From: a virus
Lineage: Duplodnaviria > Heunggongvirae > Uroviricota > Caudoviricetes
Strand: one strand, 5' to 3'
Virus record (IMG/VR): IMGVR_UViG_3300046507_000435
Location: 1 to 64,000 of that record
Length of the DNA stretch: 64,000 nucleotides
The position numbers were made by a program, and so were the translations under genes. Below the pieces are notes generated by a model. The model saw only the letters and a list, made by a program, of their open reading frames with translations, was not told the DNA's origin and did not search any database. Positions 26,649 to 36,306 of the stretch are shown piece by piece. The stretch's first letter is position 1. The number at the start of each line of letters is the position of its first letter.

Positions 26649-26722
26649 GCGGGTGTAGCTCAATGGTAGAGCGGAAGCCTTCCAAGCTTACGACGAGGGT
26701 TCGATTCCCTTCACCCGCTCCA
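26649..26722 (+). tRNA. tRNA-Gly (TCC)
   Basis: 74 nt. Acceptor GCGGGTG/CACCCGC, anticodon loop CTTCCAA, T loop TTCGATT, encoded CCA. Closely parallels enterobacterial tRNA-Gly(UCC). Confidence 0.9.
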
Positions 26723-26963
26723 CTGCAGTACCTTCAAGCCTGCCGGTTGGCGCGCCAATGGCCTGGTCAGCCAGAAGCCGCCAGCCGTCAGGCTTGAGGG
26801 TGACAGCGCCGATCGCACACCACGTCCCCAGCTTACCCAGAACAATCCGCCATCGGCGGGCGCAGGGTAGAGGACACCGCCGCATCACGCGGCACACCAG
26901 ATCGGCCCGCCGCGCGAGCGGATTCCCTCCCACTCACCTTTGCGCCTGCTCGATCAGGCGTTT

Positions 26964-26999
26964 GCCCCGGCGCAGCGATGCGTGCGGGGCTTTTTTATT
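26964..26999 (+). terminator. rho-independent terminator
   Basis: GCCCCGG-cgcagcgatgcgt-GCGGGGC followed by TTTTTTATT. Confidence 0.7.
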
Positions 27000-27044
27000 C
27001 GCACTACCAACCGGCCTCGCTGGCCATCAACAAGGACCAACACC

Positions 27045-27407
27045 ATGAAGAAAGCTTTCCTCTCCCTCCTGCTGCTGTTCTCGCTGTCGGTCGCCGGCAC
27101 CACCGCCCATGCGGACGACTGCTACTCGACCGGCGTGCGCGTCGGCACCGTGCAGAAGTTCTCGGCCAAAGGGCTGATGAACAAATCCTGGGAAGGCCAG
27201 CTGGTGCAGGATGGCCTGCGCACCAAGGGCGATTCGGGCGTCACCAACGTCTGGCGCTTCTCCGTGCTGGACGCGGCGGTCGCGCGCAAGATCGAGGATC
27301 TAACCTTCGCGGGCAAGCCGCTGGCGGTCAAATACTGCCAGCGCGCCGTGGTCAATCCCCTGGTGGCGGAAACGTCCTACTTCATCACCGACGCGGTGGC
27401 GCGCTAA
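27045..27407 (+). CDS. small secreted protein (signal peptide)
   Basis: MKKAFLSLLLLFSLSVAGTTAHA|DD is a Sec signal with an AHA cleavage site. AAGGA RBS. The gene is bracketed by two similar terminator hairpins. Confidence 0.6.
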   Translation: MKKAFLSLLLLFSLSVAGTTAHADDCYSTGVRVGTVQKFSAKGLMNKSWEGQLVQDGLRTKGDSGVTNVWRFSVLDAAVARKIEDLTFAGKPLAVKYCQRAVVNPLVAETSYFITDAVAR

Positions 27408-27456
27408 GCGCCGTCCCGAACAGTTACCACCCTATGCCCGATCTTTCGGGCATCAG

Positions 27457-27493
27457 CCCCGGCACAGCGATGTGACCGGGGCTTTCTATTTGG
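27457..27493 (+). terminator. rho-independent terminator (second copy of a similar hairpin)
   Basis: CCCCGG-cacagcgatgtga-CCGGGG followed by CTTTCTATTT. Preceded by a second small hairpin ATGCCCGAtcttTCGGGCAT (27435-27453). Confidence 0.6.
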
Positions 27494-27500
27494 AGCCTCC

Positions 27501-27839
27501 ATGCCGCTGAAGGCACCTTCCATCCTGCGCGACTGGCAAACCCTGTCCACCGAGGAACAGCAGCCGACCTGCTACGACCAGCGCAATCCGGCCATGCCAT
27601 GGCTCCCAGCCGACGAGCTGGGCTACGACGACGCGGAAGACCGCGAAGCGGCGCAGGCGTGGATCGCTTGCCCAGCTGCGGCCTGCTCGCTGGGCGACAT
27701 GCAGGGCAGGAGCCCAAGCGGCAAGGAGCGCGCCGACGCCTTGCGCGCCTCCGCAGAGCGCCGCTGCGAAGCCAGCACCAAGACCATCTTGCAGCAGCTG
27801 GCCGACGCCATGGCGCCTCATTCCACGCAATCCCGGTAG
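27501..27839 (+). CDS. hypothetical protein
   Basis: 112 aa. GGAG RBS. Cys-containing, acidic. Confidence 0.45.
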   Translation: MPLKAPSILRDWQTLSTEEQQPTCYDQRNPAMPWLPADELGYDDAEDREAAQAWIACPAAACSLGDMQGRSPSGKERADALRASAERRCEASTKTILQQLADAMAPHSTQSR

Positions 27840-27885
27840 CCGCCCACCAGCTGGGCCGGCGCCACCACAGTGAGCCTATCCCGCA

Positions 27886-28527
27886 ATGGCAAAGAGCAAA
27901 GACGCTAAAGAAGCGATCGAATGGGATCTGATCGAGCGCGACTGGCGCGCCGGCGTCAAGTCCCAGGCGATCATGTCCAAGGAATACGGCGTGTCGCGCG
28001 CCGCGATGCAAAAGCATTTCGAAAAGCGCGGCATCACCCGCGACCTGGGCGGCAAGGTCCGCTCAGCGGCCGCCACCCTTGTCGCGCAGACCGTCGCCGA
28101 GCAGGCCGCGCCCCTGTCGGCCACCGCCTCGCCGGCGAGCGAGCGCGACATCATCGAGGCCAACGCCGCGATGCAGTCGCAGATCATCCTGCAGCACCGC
28201 AGCGACATCCAGCGATCGCGCCGCCTGTCCATGGCGTTGCTCAATGAGCTGGAGCAGCAGACCGACCACCTTGACCTGATCGAGCAGCTGCAGGACGTGC
28301 TGCACGATCCGGACGACAAGGGCATGGCGCGGCGCCTTGAGCTGCTGGAGCGGCTGACCTCGCTGGGTTCGCGCGCCGGCACCATGAAGTCGCTGGCCGA
28401 CACCCTGCGCAGCCTGGTCACGCTGGAGCGTCAGGCCTTCGGACTGGACGAGAAGACCGACGAGGACAGCGGCAACGGCATCGAGGACGCCATCAAGCGC
28501 GTCGAGGAAAAGCATGGCGGCGATTAA
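27886..28527 (+). CDS. terminase small subunit (HTH-containing)
   Basis: Immediately upstream of and overlapping the large terminase. N-terminal SQAIMSKEYGVSRAAMQKHFEKRG is HTH-like. Size is typical. Confidence 0.55.
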   Translation: MAKSKDAKEAIEWDLIERDWRAGVKSQAIMSKEYGVSRAAMQKHFEKRGITRDLGGKVRSAAATLVAQTVAEQAAPLSATASPASERDIIEANAAMQSQIILQHRSDIQRSRRLSMALLNELEQQTDHLDLIEQLQDVLHDPDDKGMARRLELLERLTSLGSRAGTMKSLADTLRSLVTLERQAFGLDEKTDEDSGNGIEDAIKRVEEKHGGD

Positions 28528-30040
28528 CCAGGCGGCGTTGGACGCCACCATCGCCCGTCTGCGCGCGAATATCGAGCTGCACTGCGAAACCTGCATGTAC
28601 GTGCAGGACAAGAAGGGACAGCGGGTGCTGCTACGCTTTAACAAGGCGCAGCGCTACATCCACGCCAAGATCGAGGAACAGCGCAAGCGCACCGGCAAGG
28701 TGCGCGCCATCATCCTCAAGGGCCGGCAGCAGGGCGCATCGACCTACATTGGCGGGCGCTTCTACGCCATCAGCAGCATCAATTTCGGCCGCAACGCCTT
28801 CATCGTCGCGCACGAACAAAAGGCGACGGACAACCTGTTCAAGATGGTCAAGCGCTATCACGAACATAATCCGTTTCGGCCATCGACCAGCAAGACCAAC
28901 AGCAAGGAGCTGGTATTCAACCGCCTTGACGGTGGCTACAAGCTGGCCACGGCCGGCTCCAAGGACGTGGGCCGATCCAATACGGCGCAGCTGCTGCACG
29001 CCTCCGAGTTCGCCTTCTGGGACAACGCCATCTTGCACATGGCGGGTCTGGGCAATGCCATTTCGGACCAGCCCGGTACCGAAATCATCATCGAGTCCAC
29101 CGCCAACGGCGTGGGCGGCCCATTCCACCAGATGTGGCAGGACGCCGAGGCGGGCATCAGCGAGTACATCGCCATCTTCGTGCCCTGGTTCTGGGAGGAC
29201 GGCTACCGCGCGACGGTGCCGGAGAACTTCGAACTGTCGGCCGACGACATCAAGTACATGGACACCTACGGGCTGGACATGGGGCAGATGGCGTGGCGCC
29301 GCAACAAGATCACCACCTACGGCAAGGGCTTTGAGTGGCTTTTTGATCAAGAGTACCCCGCCACGGCTTCCCTTGCTTTCAAATCTTCGACCGCCGACCC
29401 GCTGATCAACCCAACGACCGTCATGGCGGCCGTCAACAGCGACTTCCGCCAGCGCTCCGGGGCATTCGTCATCGGCTGCGACCCGGCCGAATTCGGCGCC
29501 GACCGCACCGCGATCGCATTCCGCCACGGGCGAACCTGCTACAAGATCGAGTACCACGAAAAAATGGGACCGATGGAAGTGGCCGGCAAGCTGGCCGCCT
29601 ACTACAAGGATCTGCAGCCAGACGCGATTTTCGTGGACAAGATCGGCATCGGGTCGGGCATCGTGGACCGGCTCAAGGAGCTGAACATTCCCGTGATCGG
29701 GGTCAATTCGGCCGAGCGGGCGGAAGACTCCGAGCGCTACGCCAACAAGCGGGCCGAAATCTGGTACCGCTTCAAGGAGTGGCTGGAAGACAGCCCGAAC
29801 CGGATACCGAACGACGCCGCGCTGATCGCCGATATTTCAGCGCCAGGCTACAAGACCCACTCCAACGGCTCCCGTCTGATCGAGGGCAAGCCGGAAATGA
29901 AGAAGCGCGGCGTCCGCTCCCCGGACGGCGCCGACGCGCTCGCCATGACCTTTGCCGAAAACGTCATCCCCCGTGCCCTGCGTGACGACTACGCAGCCGG
30001 GCACACCAGCCGCCAAGCGGCGACCACCGCAGGATATTGA
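28514..30040 (+). CDS. terminase large subunit
   Basis: Walker A-like ILKGRQQGAST close to the N-terminus. 508 aa, with a long C-terminal nuclease-sized domain. Sits directly before the portal region. Confidence 0.8.
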   Translation: MAAINQAALDATIARLRANIELHCETCMYVQDKKGQRVLLRFNKAQRYIHAKIEEQRKRTGKVRAIILKGRQQGASTYIGGRFYAISSINFGRNAFIVAHEQKATDNLFKMVKRYHEHNPFRPSTSKTNSKELVFNRLDGGYKLATAGSKDVGRSNTAQLLHASEFAFWDNAILHMAGLGNAISDQPGTEIIIESTANGVGGPFHQMWQDAEAGISEYIAIFVPWFWEDGYRATVPENFELSADDIKYMDTYGLDMGQMAWRRNKITTYGKGFEWLFDQEYPATASLAFKSSTADPLINPTTVMAAVNSDFRQRSGAFVIGCDPAEFGADRTAIAFRHGRTCYKIEYHEKMGPMEVAGKLAAYYKDLQPDAIFVDKIGIGSGIVDRLKELNIPVIGVNSAERAEDSERYANKRAEIWYRFKEWLEDSPNRIPNDAALIADISAPGYKTHSNGSRLIEGKPEMKKRGVRSPDGADALAMTFAENVIPRALRDDYAAGHTSRQAATTAGY

Positions 30041-30041
30041 T

Positions 30042-30569
30042 ATGCACACCACTTTTACCTCGCTGGCGATGTGCGCCGCCCTGGCAGCATCCCAGCAGCC
30101 ACCATCGAAGCCACCGCGCCAGCTGCCGCAGCTGTCGCCCGAGCAGGAATATTTCCATCACATGATGGATGAACTGGTCGGCCTGAACAAGCGCCGGCGC
30201 GAGCTGTTCCCAGTACGCATGCCAGCACCGCACGCCTACGCCATGTACCACGCAACGGTACAGGGCGGCATCGGGCGCCAGTGCGGGAAAAGCGAGTACA
30301 TCCTGCGCCGCGCCCAGCCGGACGACCTGATCATCGTGCCGTGCGAGGTCCAGCTGAAACACCAGTTCCGCGATGCCCCGTGCCGCGTGATCACCGCCGG
30401 CGAGCTGCATCGCCGCTATACCTCTCGCAACCGCATGCCGCCTGAAGTGCGCTATAGCCGGATCTGGGTGGATGAACCATATGCGGTATTCGATCAGATC
30501 GACCGCCATGAGCTGTACTTCCAGCTGGCGCGCGACACCGAGCAAACCTTCATCCTGCTGGGGCCATAG
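30042..30569 (+). CDS. hypothetical protein
   Basis: 175 aa from MHTTFTSLAMC. ATG 2 nt after the terminase stop. Confidence 0.45.
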   Translation: MHTTFTSLAMCAALAASQQPPSKPPRQLPQLSPEQEYFHHMMDELVGLNKRRRELFPVRMPAPHAYAMYHATVQGGIGRQCGKSEYILRRAQPDDLIIVPCEVQLKHQFRDAPCRVITAGELHRRYTSRNRMPPEVRYSRIWVDEPYAVFDQIDRHELYFQLARDTEQTFILLGP

Positions 30570-30592
30570 TTCCCTCACCAACGAAAGACCCC

Positions 30593-31090
30593 ATGTTTGA
30601 ATATGCAATGAACGCAGTCCAGAACGCTGGCCAACCATCAGCAGCCGAGAACGAATACGCCACCGCATGGCATGCACCAGACGGCACCACCGGCGCAACA
30701 GGCAATGCCATGGGCGGCGCCTCCGCAGCGCCAGGCGCCACCAGTACCGGCCAACTGGGCGGTGGCGGTGGCGACGGTTTCATGGCTGGCGCAATGGCCG
30801 CTCCGGGCGCCACCAGCAGCGGCCAGCTAGGTGGCGGCGGTGGCGACGGTTTCATGGCTGGCGCAATGGCAGCGCCGGGCGCAACCAGCACCGGTCAACT
30901 TGGCAGTGGCGGCGTTGACGCCATGGGCATGGCCGGAGCAGCCGCCAAGCCTGGCGCCATGCCAACCATCGCACCAGTCGCGCCGACGCCAGCATCGAAA
31001 CCCTCCAGCGCCGAAGAATATGCCAGCGCATGGCACGGCAACGCCAGCCCCAAATCAAGCATGGGTGGCCCGCGCAACATGCTCCGATAG
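30593..31090 (+). CDS. Gly/Ala-rich repetitive protein
   Basis: Three tandem copies of DGFMAGAMAAPGATS.GQLGGGGG, encoded by about 60-bp DNA repeats at 30763-30900. Confidence 0.4.
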   Translation: MFEYAMNAVQNAGQPSAAENEYATAWHAPDGTTGATGNAMGGASAAPGATSTGQLGGGGGDGFMAGAMAAPGATSSGQLGGGGGDGFMAGAMAAPGATSTGQLGSGGVDAMGMAGAAAKPGAMPTIAPVAPTPASKPSSAEEYASAWHGNASPKSSMGGPRNMLR

Positions 31091-31138
31091 CCACCGCTCC
31101 CACCACACCTCCAAGCCCGCCCCGCGCGGGCTTTTTTC

Positions 31139-33463
31139 ATGGGCAACACAATGACGAATACCGACGACGCCGCGCAAACGCAGGCTCAGGCGCAAGCCGA
31201 ATACGAGGCCGCGGCGGCCGCCGGCATGGCGCGCGAGGACAACGCCGCCTATGTGGCGCTCGATGCGCTGGGCTCCGTCCTGGCTGCGGAATTCACCCGC
31301 GCCGAAACCGAGCGCCGTGAAACGGAAGAGCGCTGGCTGAAGGATCTGCGCCAGTACCGTGGCATCTACGATCCCGACATCCTCAAGGCGATCGGGCCGA
31401 ACCGCTCCAAGGCCTTCGTGCGCGCCACGCGCGTCAAGGTCAAGACGGTCGATGCCCGCGTGGCCGATCTGCTGTTCCCGGCCAACAGCGAGCGCAACTG
31501 GACCGCCGACCCCACGCCGGCGCCATCAGTGGACCGGGATACCCGTAAAACAGTCATGGGCGCGCTGCAAGCGGCGCTCCAGCGCAAGCCGACCCAGGAT
31601 GAATTCGACGCCGCCATCGCCAAGATGGTGAAGGAGGCCGCCGATCGCATGACGGCCATTATTGATGACCAGCTGGTCGAATCGCGCTACAAGCAGAGCG
31701 CGCGCCATGTCCTGCACTCGGGCCACCTGTACGGCACCGGCGTGCTCAAGGCACCGCTGGTCGAGCGTAAGACCCGCAAGAAGTTCGTCATGGAGCATGG
31801 CTGCTGGGTCATGAAGACCGAATCCTACGTGGTGCCGTTTGTGGACTATGTGCCGTTGTGGCGCTGGTACCCGGACATGTCGGCGACGCGGCTGGAAGAC
31901 TGCCGCTATGTCTATGAGCGGCACCTGATGACCCGCGCGGCGCTGGCCAGCCTGGCCAAGAAGCGCTCCTTCAACGGTCGGAAAATCAAGGATCACATCC
32001 TGGCCAACCCCAAGGGCATGCGCCAACAGCGCTCGTTTGACGGCGAGATCCGCCTGATGGGCGATCGCCAATCCTCCAATACGGCCGACGATGGCCAGTA
32101 CGAGGTGCTGGAGCGCTGGGGCTGGCTCGATGGCGAGCAGCTGGCCAGCGCCGGCGTGGACGTGCCGCAAGAGCGCATGCACGAGACATTCTTCTCCAAC
32201 GTCTGGCTGCTGCCCAACGGCGAAATCTTAAAGGTGGTGCTACAGCCGCTCAACGGCGTCACCTGGCCGTATCACCTGTATTACGCCGACAAGGACGAAA
32301 CCAGCATCTTCGGCGACGGCTTCGCCGCCATCATGCGCGACGACCAGACCATGATCAATGCGGGCACCCGCATGATTCTGGACCACGCCGCGCTGACCGC
32401 CGGGCCGCAGCTGGAAGCGAACATGAAACTGCTGGCGGCCGGTGAGCGCGCCGACGACATGTACCCGTTCAAGATCTGGCGCCGCAACGGCGAAGACCCG
32501 GGCTCGCCGGCCATCCGCGTGCTGAACATCCCGACCGGGCTGGAAGAGCTGTTCCCGATCGTCAATATGTTCAAGGAGAACGCCGACGACGTGACCGCCA
32601 TCCCGCGCTACATGCAGGGCGAAAACGCCACCACCGGCGCGGCCGGCACCGCCTCCGGCATGTCGATGCTGATGGCCAACGCCTCGATCGTGATGAAAGA
32701 CCTGATCACGAACTATGACGAGGGCGTCACCCGCACCTTCATCGAGGCGCTGTACTTCTGGAACATGCAGTTCAACCCAGATGACCGCTGCAAGGGCGAC
32801 TTCGACATCAAGGCGCGCGGCACCGCCAGCCTGATGGCCAAGGAAATCCGCGCCCAGCAGCTGGACCAGTTCGCCGCCACCATTTCCCCGGAGGACGCTC
32901 CCTACATCAAGCGCGAAGAGCTGCTGCGCCAGCGCGCCGAGGCGCATGACCTGGCCAGCATCATCAAGACCGAGAAGGAGGTGCAAGCCGACCAGAACAA
33001 CGACGCGGCCAAGGCCCAGGCCGAGCTGGCGCAGCAAATGCAGCAGATCCAGCTGCAGATGGCGCAGTTGAATGTGCAAAAGCTGTCGGCCGAAGTCGCC
33101 AAGATCGGCGCCGACGTGGACCGCATCAAGGCGATCGCCACCAAGACCAACGTGGATGCGGCGTACGCCGGCATGCAGGCGGGCGGGGTGGCCACCGAGC
33201 GGCCGCAGATCGCGCCGGCGGGCGATGCCATCCTGAAGTCAGCCGGCTTTGTGGACCATACGCCGCAAGCGCCGACCCCGACCGGCGCCCCACAGGACGC
33301 CAGCCAGGCGGCCGCCCAACCAGCACCACCGGCGGGCGACACCAGCGCGGCGCCAGCACCAGCCGATGCGGCACCGATGACCGGTACCCGCGATCCGCAA
33401 GGCGGCCAGGTCGGCGCCAATGTTGGTGAAGAGGCCGGCATCGAAACCGCGAGGATTGACTAA
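31139..33463 (+). CDS. portal protein (P22-like)
   Basis: 774 aa located after the terminase. WLKDLRQYRGIYDP recalls the P22 gp1 region (WLSQYTTLQYRGQFD). Long C-terminal coiled-coil / Ala-Gln-rich barrel-like tail. Confidence 0.6.
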   Translation: MGNTMTNTDDAAQTQAQAQAEYEAAAAAGMAREDNAAYVALDALGSVLAAEFTRAETERRETEERWLKDLRQYRGIYDPDILKAIGPNRSKAFVRATRVKVKTVDARVADLLFPANSERNWTADPTPAPSVDRDTRKTVMGALQAALQRKPTQDEFDAAIAKMVKEAADRMTAIIDDQLVESRYKQSARHVLHSGHLYGTGVLKAPLVERKTRKKFVMEHGCWVMKTESYVVPFVDYVPLWRWYPDMSATRLEDCRYVYERHLMTRAALASLAKKRSFNGRKIKDHILANPKGMRQQRSFDGEIRLMGDRQSSNTADDGQYEVLERWGWLDGEQLASAGVDVPQERMHETFFSNVWLLPNGEILKVVLQPLNGVTWPYHLYYADKDETSIFGDGFAAIMRDDQTMINAGTRMILDHAALTAGPQLEANMKLLAAGERADDMYPFKIWRRNGEDPGSPAIRVLNIPTGLEELFPIVNMFKENADDVTAIPRYMQGENATTGAAGTASGMSMLMANASIVMKDLITNYDEGVTRTFIEALYFWNMQFNPDDRCKGDFDIKARGTASLMAKEIRAQQLDQFAATISPEDAPYIKREELLRQRAEAHDLASIIKTEKEVQADQNNDAAKAQAELAQQMQQIQLQMAQLNVQKLSAEVAKIGADVDRIKAIATKTNVDAAYAGMQAGGVATERPQIAPAGDAILKSAGFVDHTPQAPTPTGAPQDASQAAAQPAPPAGDTSAAPAPADAAPMTGTRDPQGGQVGANVGEEAGIETARID

Positions 33464-33706
33464 ATGAAGACCGCCGAACAGCTGCGCGAAGCCATCCACC
33501 GCGAGTACAGCGACCTGGCCGGCTACGGCGGGCCGCTGCTGCAGTCGTTCGTGCGCCTGCTCTCCGCCATGTATGAGGAAGCCTTGGCCGACCTGGCCAC
33601 GGTCCAACTCGACAAGCTGGAACGCAAGCAGGGCGCGCTGTCCCAGCTGCGCGTGCTGCACGACGCCCTCAAAGATCCCGGGCCGCACGCCACGCTGCGG
33701 GCCTGA
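33464..33706 (+). CDS. hypothetical small protein
   Basis: 80 aa. Starts at the portal stop (TAAATG). Confidence 0.4.
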   Translation: MKTAEQLREAIHREYSDLAGYGGPLLQSFVRLLSAMYEEALADLATVQLDKLERKQGALSQLRVLHDALKDPGPHATLRA

Positions 33707-33780
33707 CCGATCACCCCACCACGCCCGCCCATGCGGGTTTTTTTTCGGGCCAACCCGGCCCAATAACAGGAGAACGCCAC

Positions 33781-34686
33781 ATGGCAAGCAGCAAACAACA
33801 GGCGGACGACCAAGCGGCTTTCGCCGACGAGTTCAACGCCGATGACAAGCAAAAGCCGGAGCAGAGCGAGGATGAAGCCTTCGGTCTGGGTCCGGAAGCG
33901 GGCGACGGCACCGGCGCCGATGGCGCGGCAGCGGACGCGGGCGGTGACGCTGGGGCAGGGGAGGGCGCTGACACCGGCGCCGGCGCTGGCGCAGACGCCG
34001 CCGCCGCCCCAGCCGCAGGCAAGGACGACGCGGCCGCCAAGGAGAAGGAACTGAGCGAGCGCGAAGCCGCGCTGGCCGCCAAGGAAGCCGAGCTGGACCA
34101 GCGCGCCGCCTCGATGGCCACCTCCAACGCCAACGAAACCCAGACCAGCACCGGCGAGGACGACGGCAAGGATGGCGACGACGGTGGCGAGGTCGGCGCA
34201 GAAGGTGCCGGCAGCGCCCGCGCGGCGCTGACCGAGGACTTCGGCCCGGAATTCGTCAACCAGCTGGAAGCCTTCATCAAGGAAGTGGCCGCCGGCAGCG
34301 TGTCGGGCGAAATCGGCACCCTGGCCAGCACCGTGCAGAGCGTCATCGACAACCTGCAGACCGAGCGCAACCAGCAGCACTTCCAGACCATCGCCGACGC
34401 CCATGATGACTTCATGGAAGTGGTGGCCTCGCCCGCCTTCAAGGAATGGCTCGATGGCCACCCTGAAGCGGAGAAGGCCGACTACCAGCGCGTGGTCGAT
34501 TCGGGCAGCGCCAAGGAAATCATCGCCATGCTGACCCAGTTCAAGACCTCCAAGGAAGCGACGGACGCGCCGGCCATCAACGATGACGAGCTGGATAACG
34601 CCGAGGGCGTGCGCTCTTCGGGCCTGCGCCTGCCGTCGGAACCGAAGGAATCCCAGGACTACGCGGCAGCCTGGAACGAGGCCTAA
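33781..34686 (+). CDS. scaffolding protein (candidate)
   Basis: Highly acidic, Ala/Asp/Glu/Gly-rich low-complexity N-terminal half and a helical C-terminal half. Lies between the portal and the major capsid gene. Confidence 0.5.
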   Translation: MASSKQQADDQAAFADEFNADDKQKPEQSEDEAFGLGPEAGDGTGADGAAADAGGDAGAGEGADTGAGAGADAAAAPAAGKDDAAAKEKELSEREAALAAKEAELDQRAASMATSNANETQTSTGEDDGKDGDDGGEVGAEGAGSARAALTEDFGPEFVNQLEAFIKEVAAGSVSGEIGTLASTVQSVIDNLQTERNQQHFQTIADAHDDFMEVVASPAFKEWLDGHPEAEKADYQRVVDSGSAKEIIAMLTQFKTSKEATDAPAINDDELDNAEGVRSSGLRLPSEPKESQDYAAAWNEA

Positions 34687-34864
34687 GCAGCACCGCGCCA
34701 GCGCGGCCCATCGCTGGCAAACGTTGCTGTTGGCGCCTCAACAGAACCACCTGAACTTTCGGCCCAAGGCCTGACACCCGGACTGCGGTACGCCCCCAAG
34801 GCGCCGCGGCGATTCCGCACGTCCAGACCAAACGGCCTTTCTCCATTTTTAAGGAAAGCAACAC

Positions 34865-35866
34865 ATGGCTAATACCCAATACGGCGATATCTCGCCACGT
34901 ACCGCTGCCTACGCAGAAAAAGAACTGCTGAAGCGCGCCATCCCGTTCATGGTGCTGGAGAAGTTCGGCCAGTCCAAACCGCTGCCGGGCAACAGCTCCA
35001 AGTCGATCGTGTTCCGTCGCTACACCGCGCTGGACCCGACCCCGACCACCCTGACCGAGGGCGTCACCCCGGGCTCGACCACCATGCAGTCGACCGACAT
35101 CCCGTGCGTGCTGTCGCAGTACGGCTCGATGATCACCATTTCGGACATCATCATCGACACCCACGAGGATAACGTCCTCAACGAGGCGATCGAGCTGCTG
35201 GGCGAGCAGGCCGCGCAGATGATCGAACGCATGCGCTTCGGCATCCTGAAGGCCGGCACCAACGTGGTGTACGCCAACGGCGCCACCCGCAACGCCGTCA
35301 ACACCCCGTTCAGCCTGGCGCTGCAACGCCGCGTCACCAAGGCGCTGAAACGCCAGAACGCCGAGCAGATCACCAAGGCGATCAAATCGACCCCGGCATT
35401 CGCCACCGAGCCAGTGGCCAAGTCGTTCATCGGTCTGGTGCACCCGGACGGCGAAGGCGACATCCGCAACGCGCTGGGCGCCGACGGCAAGAGCTGCTTC
35501 ACCCCTGCCGAGAAGTACGGCTCCATCACCCCGTACGACAACGAGCTGGGCAAGATCGAGGACGTGCGCTACCTGACCTCGACCATCTTCACCCCGTTCG
35601 CCGACGCCGGCGGCGCCAAGGGTCTGATGACCTCGACCACCGGCGTCAACGCCGACGTGTACCCGATCCTGTACCTGGCGGCCAACGCCTACGCGATCGT
35701 GGCGCTGAAAGGCATGTTCGCGCTGACCCCGATGGTGGTCAATCCCAAGCCTAGTGATAGCGATCCTTTGGCGCAGCGCGGTCGCGTGGCGTGGAAGGCC
35801 ATGCAGGGCGCCGTCATCTTGAATGACGCATGGATGTGCCGCGCCGAAGTAGCCGTTACGGCATAA
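34865..35866 (+). CDS. major capsid protein
   Basis: 333 aa. Position in the portal - scaffold - capsid order. Followed by a strong terminator. Confidence 0.6.
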   Translation: MANTQYGDISPRTAAYAEKELLKRAIPFMVLEKFGQSKPLPGNSSKSIVFRRYTALDPTPTTLTEGVTPGSTTMQSTDIPCVLSQYGSMITISDIIIDTHEDNVLNEAIELLGEQAAQMIERMRFGILKAGTNVVYANGATRNAVNTPFSLALQRRVTKALKRQNAEQITKAIKSTPAFATEPVAKSFIGLVHPDGEGDIRNALGADGKSCFTPAEKYGSITPYDNELGKIEDVRYLTSTIFTPFADAGGAKGLMTSTTGVNADVYPILYLAANAYAIVALKGMFALTPMVVNPKPSDSDPLAQRGRVAWKAMQGAVILNDAWMCRAEVAVTA

Positions 35867-35886
35867 GGCTTCCTGTAGTTCCCAGT

Positions 35887-35918
35887 AACGCCCTCTTCGG
35901 AGGGCGTTGTCGTTTCAA
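35887..35918 (+). terminator. rho-independent terminator after the capsid gene
   Basis: AACGCCCTC-ttcg-GAGGGCGTT, a perfect 9-bp stem, followed by GTCGTTTC. Confidence 0.7.
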
Positions 35919-35943
35919 TCCCCCATTCAGAAAGCACACCATC

Positions 35944-36300
35944 ATGGCAAGCGCAAAAGACAAATCCACCTCCACCTCGATCGATGACGTTATCGATACC
36001 CCAGAAGCCCCGGCCGCCGCAGCGCTGGCGGTCACCGACCACGGCGACAACTTCAGCGGCGAAAAAATCGAACTGACCATCCACTCCGACGCGGGCGATG
36101 CCGGCCGCCAGGCGGTGTTCGTCGGCATCAACGGCGTGGGCTTCAATATCCCGCGCGACACGCCCGTCGCGGTACCGGTCGAAGTGGTCACCCAGCTGGA
36201 AAACTGCATGCAGACCGTCTACGAAGGCATCGAAGGCGGCGGTACCCGCGAGCGTGAAGTCAAACGCTTCTCGACCACCGTGCGCCAGATCCGCAAGTAA
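35944..36300 (+). CDS. hypothetical virion protein
   Basis: 118 aa from MASAKDKSTS. Confidence 0.45.
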   Translation: MASAKDKSTSTSIDDVIDTPEAPAAAALAVTDHGDNFSGEKIELTIHSDAGDAGRQAVFVGINGVGFNIPRDTPVAVPVEVVTQLENCMQTVYEGIEGGGTREREVKRFSTTVRQIRK

Positions 36301-36306
36301 TCGACC

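Noticed and set aside
26688-27048. ORFs 26688..26933 (-) and 26758..27048 (+) after the tRNA cluster
   Set aside because: They overlap tRNA-Gly and the terminator region. R/P-rich with no start context, so they are treated as non-coding.
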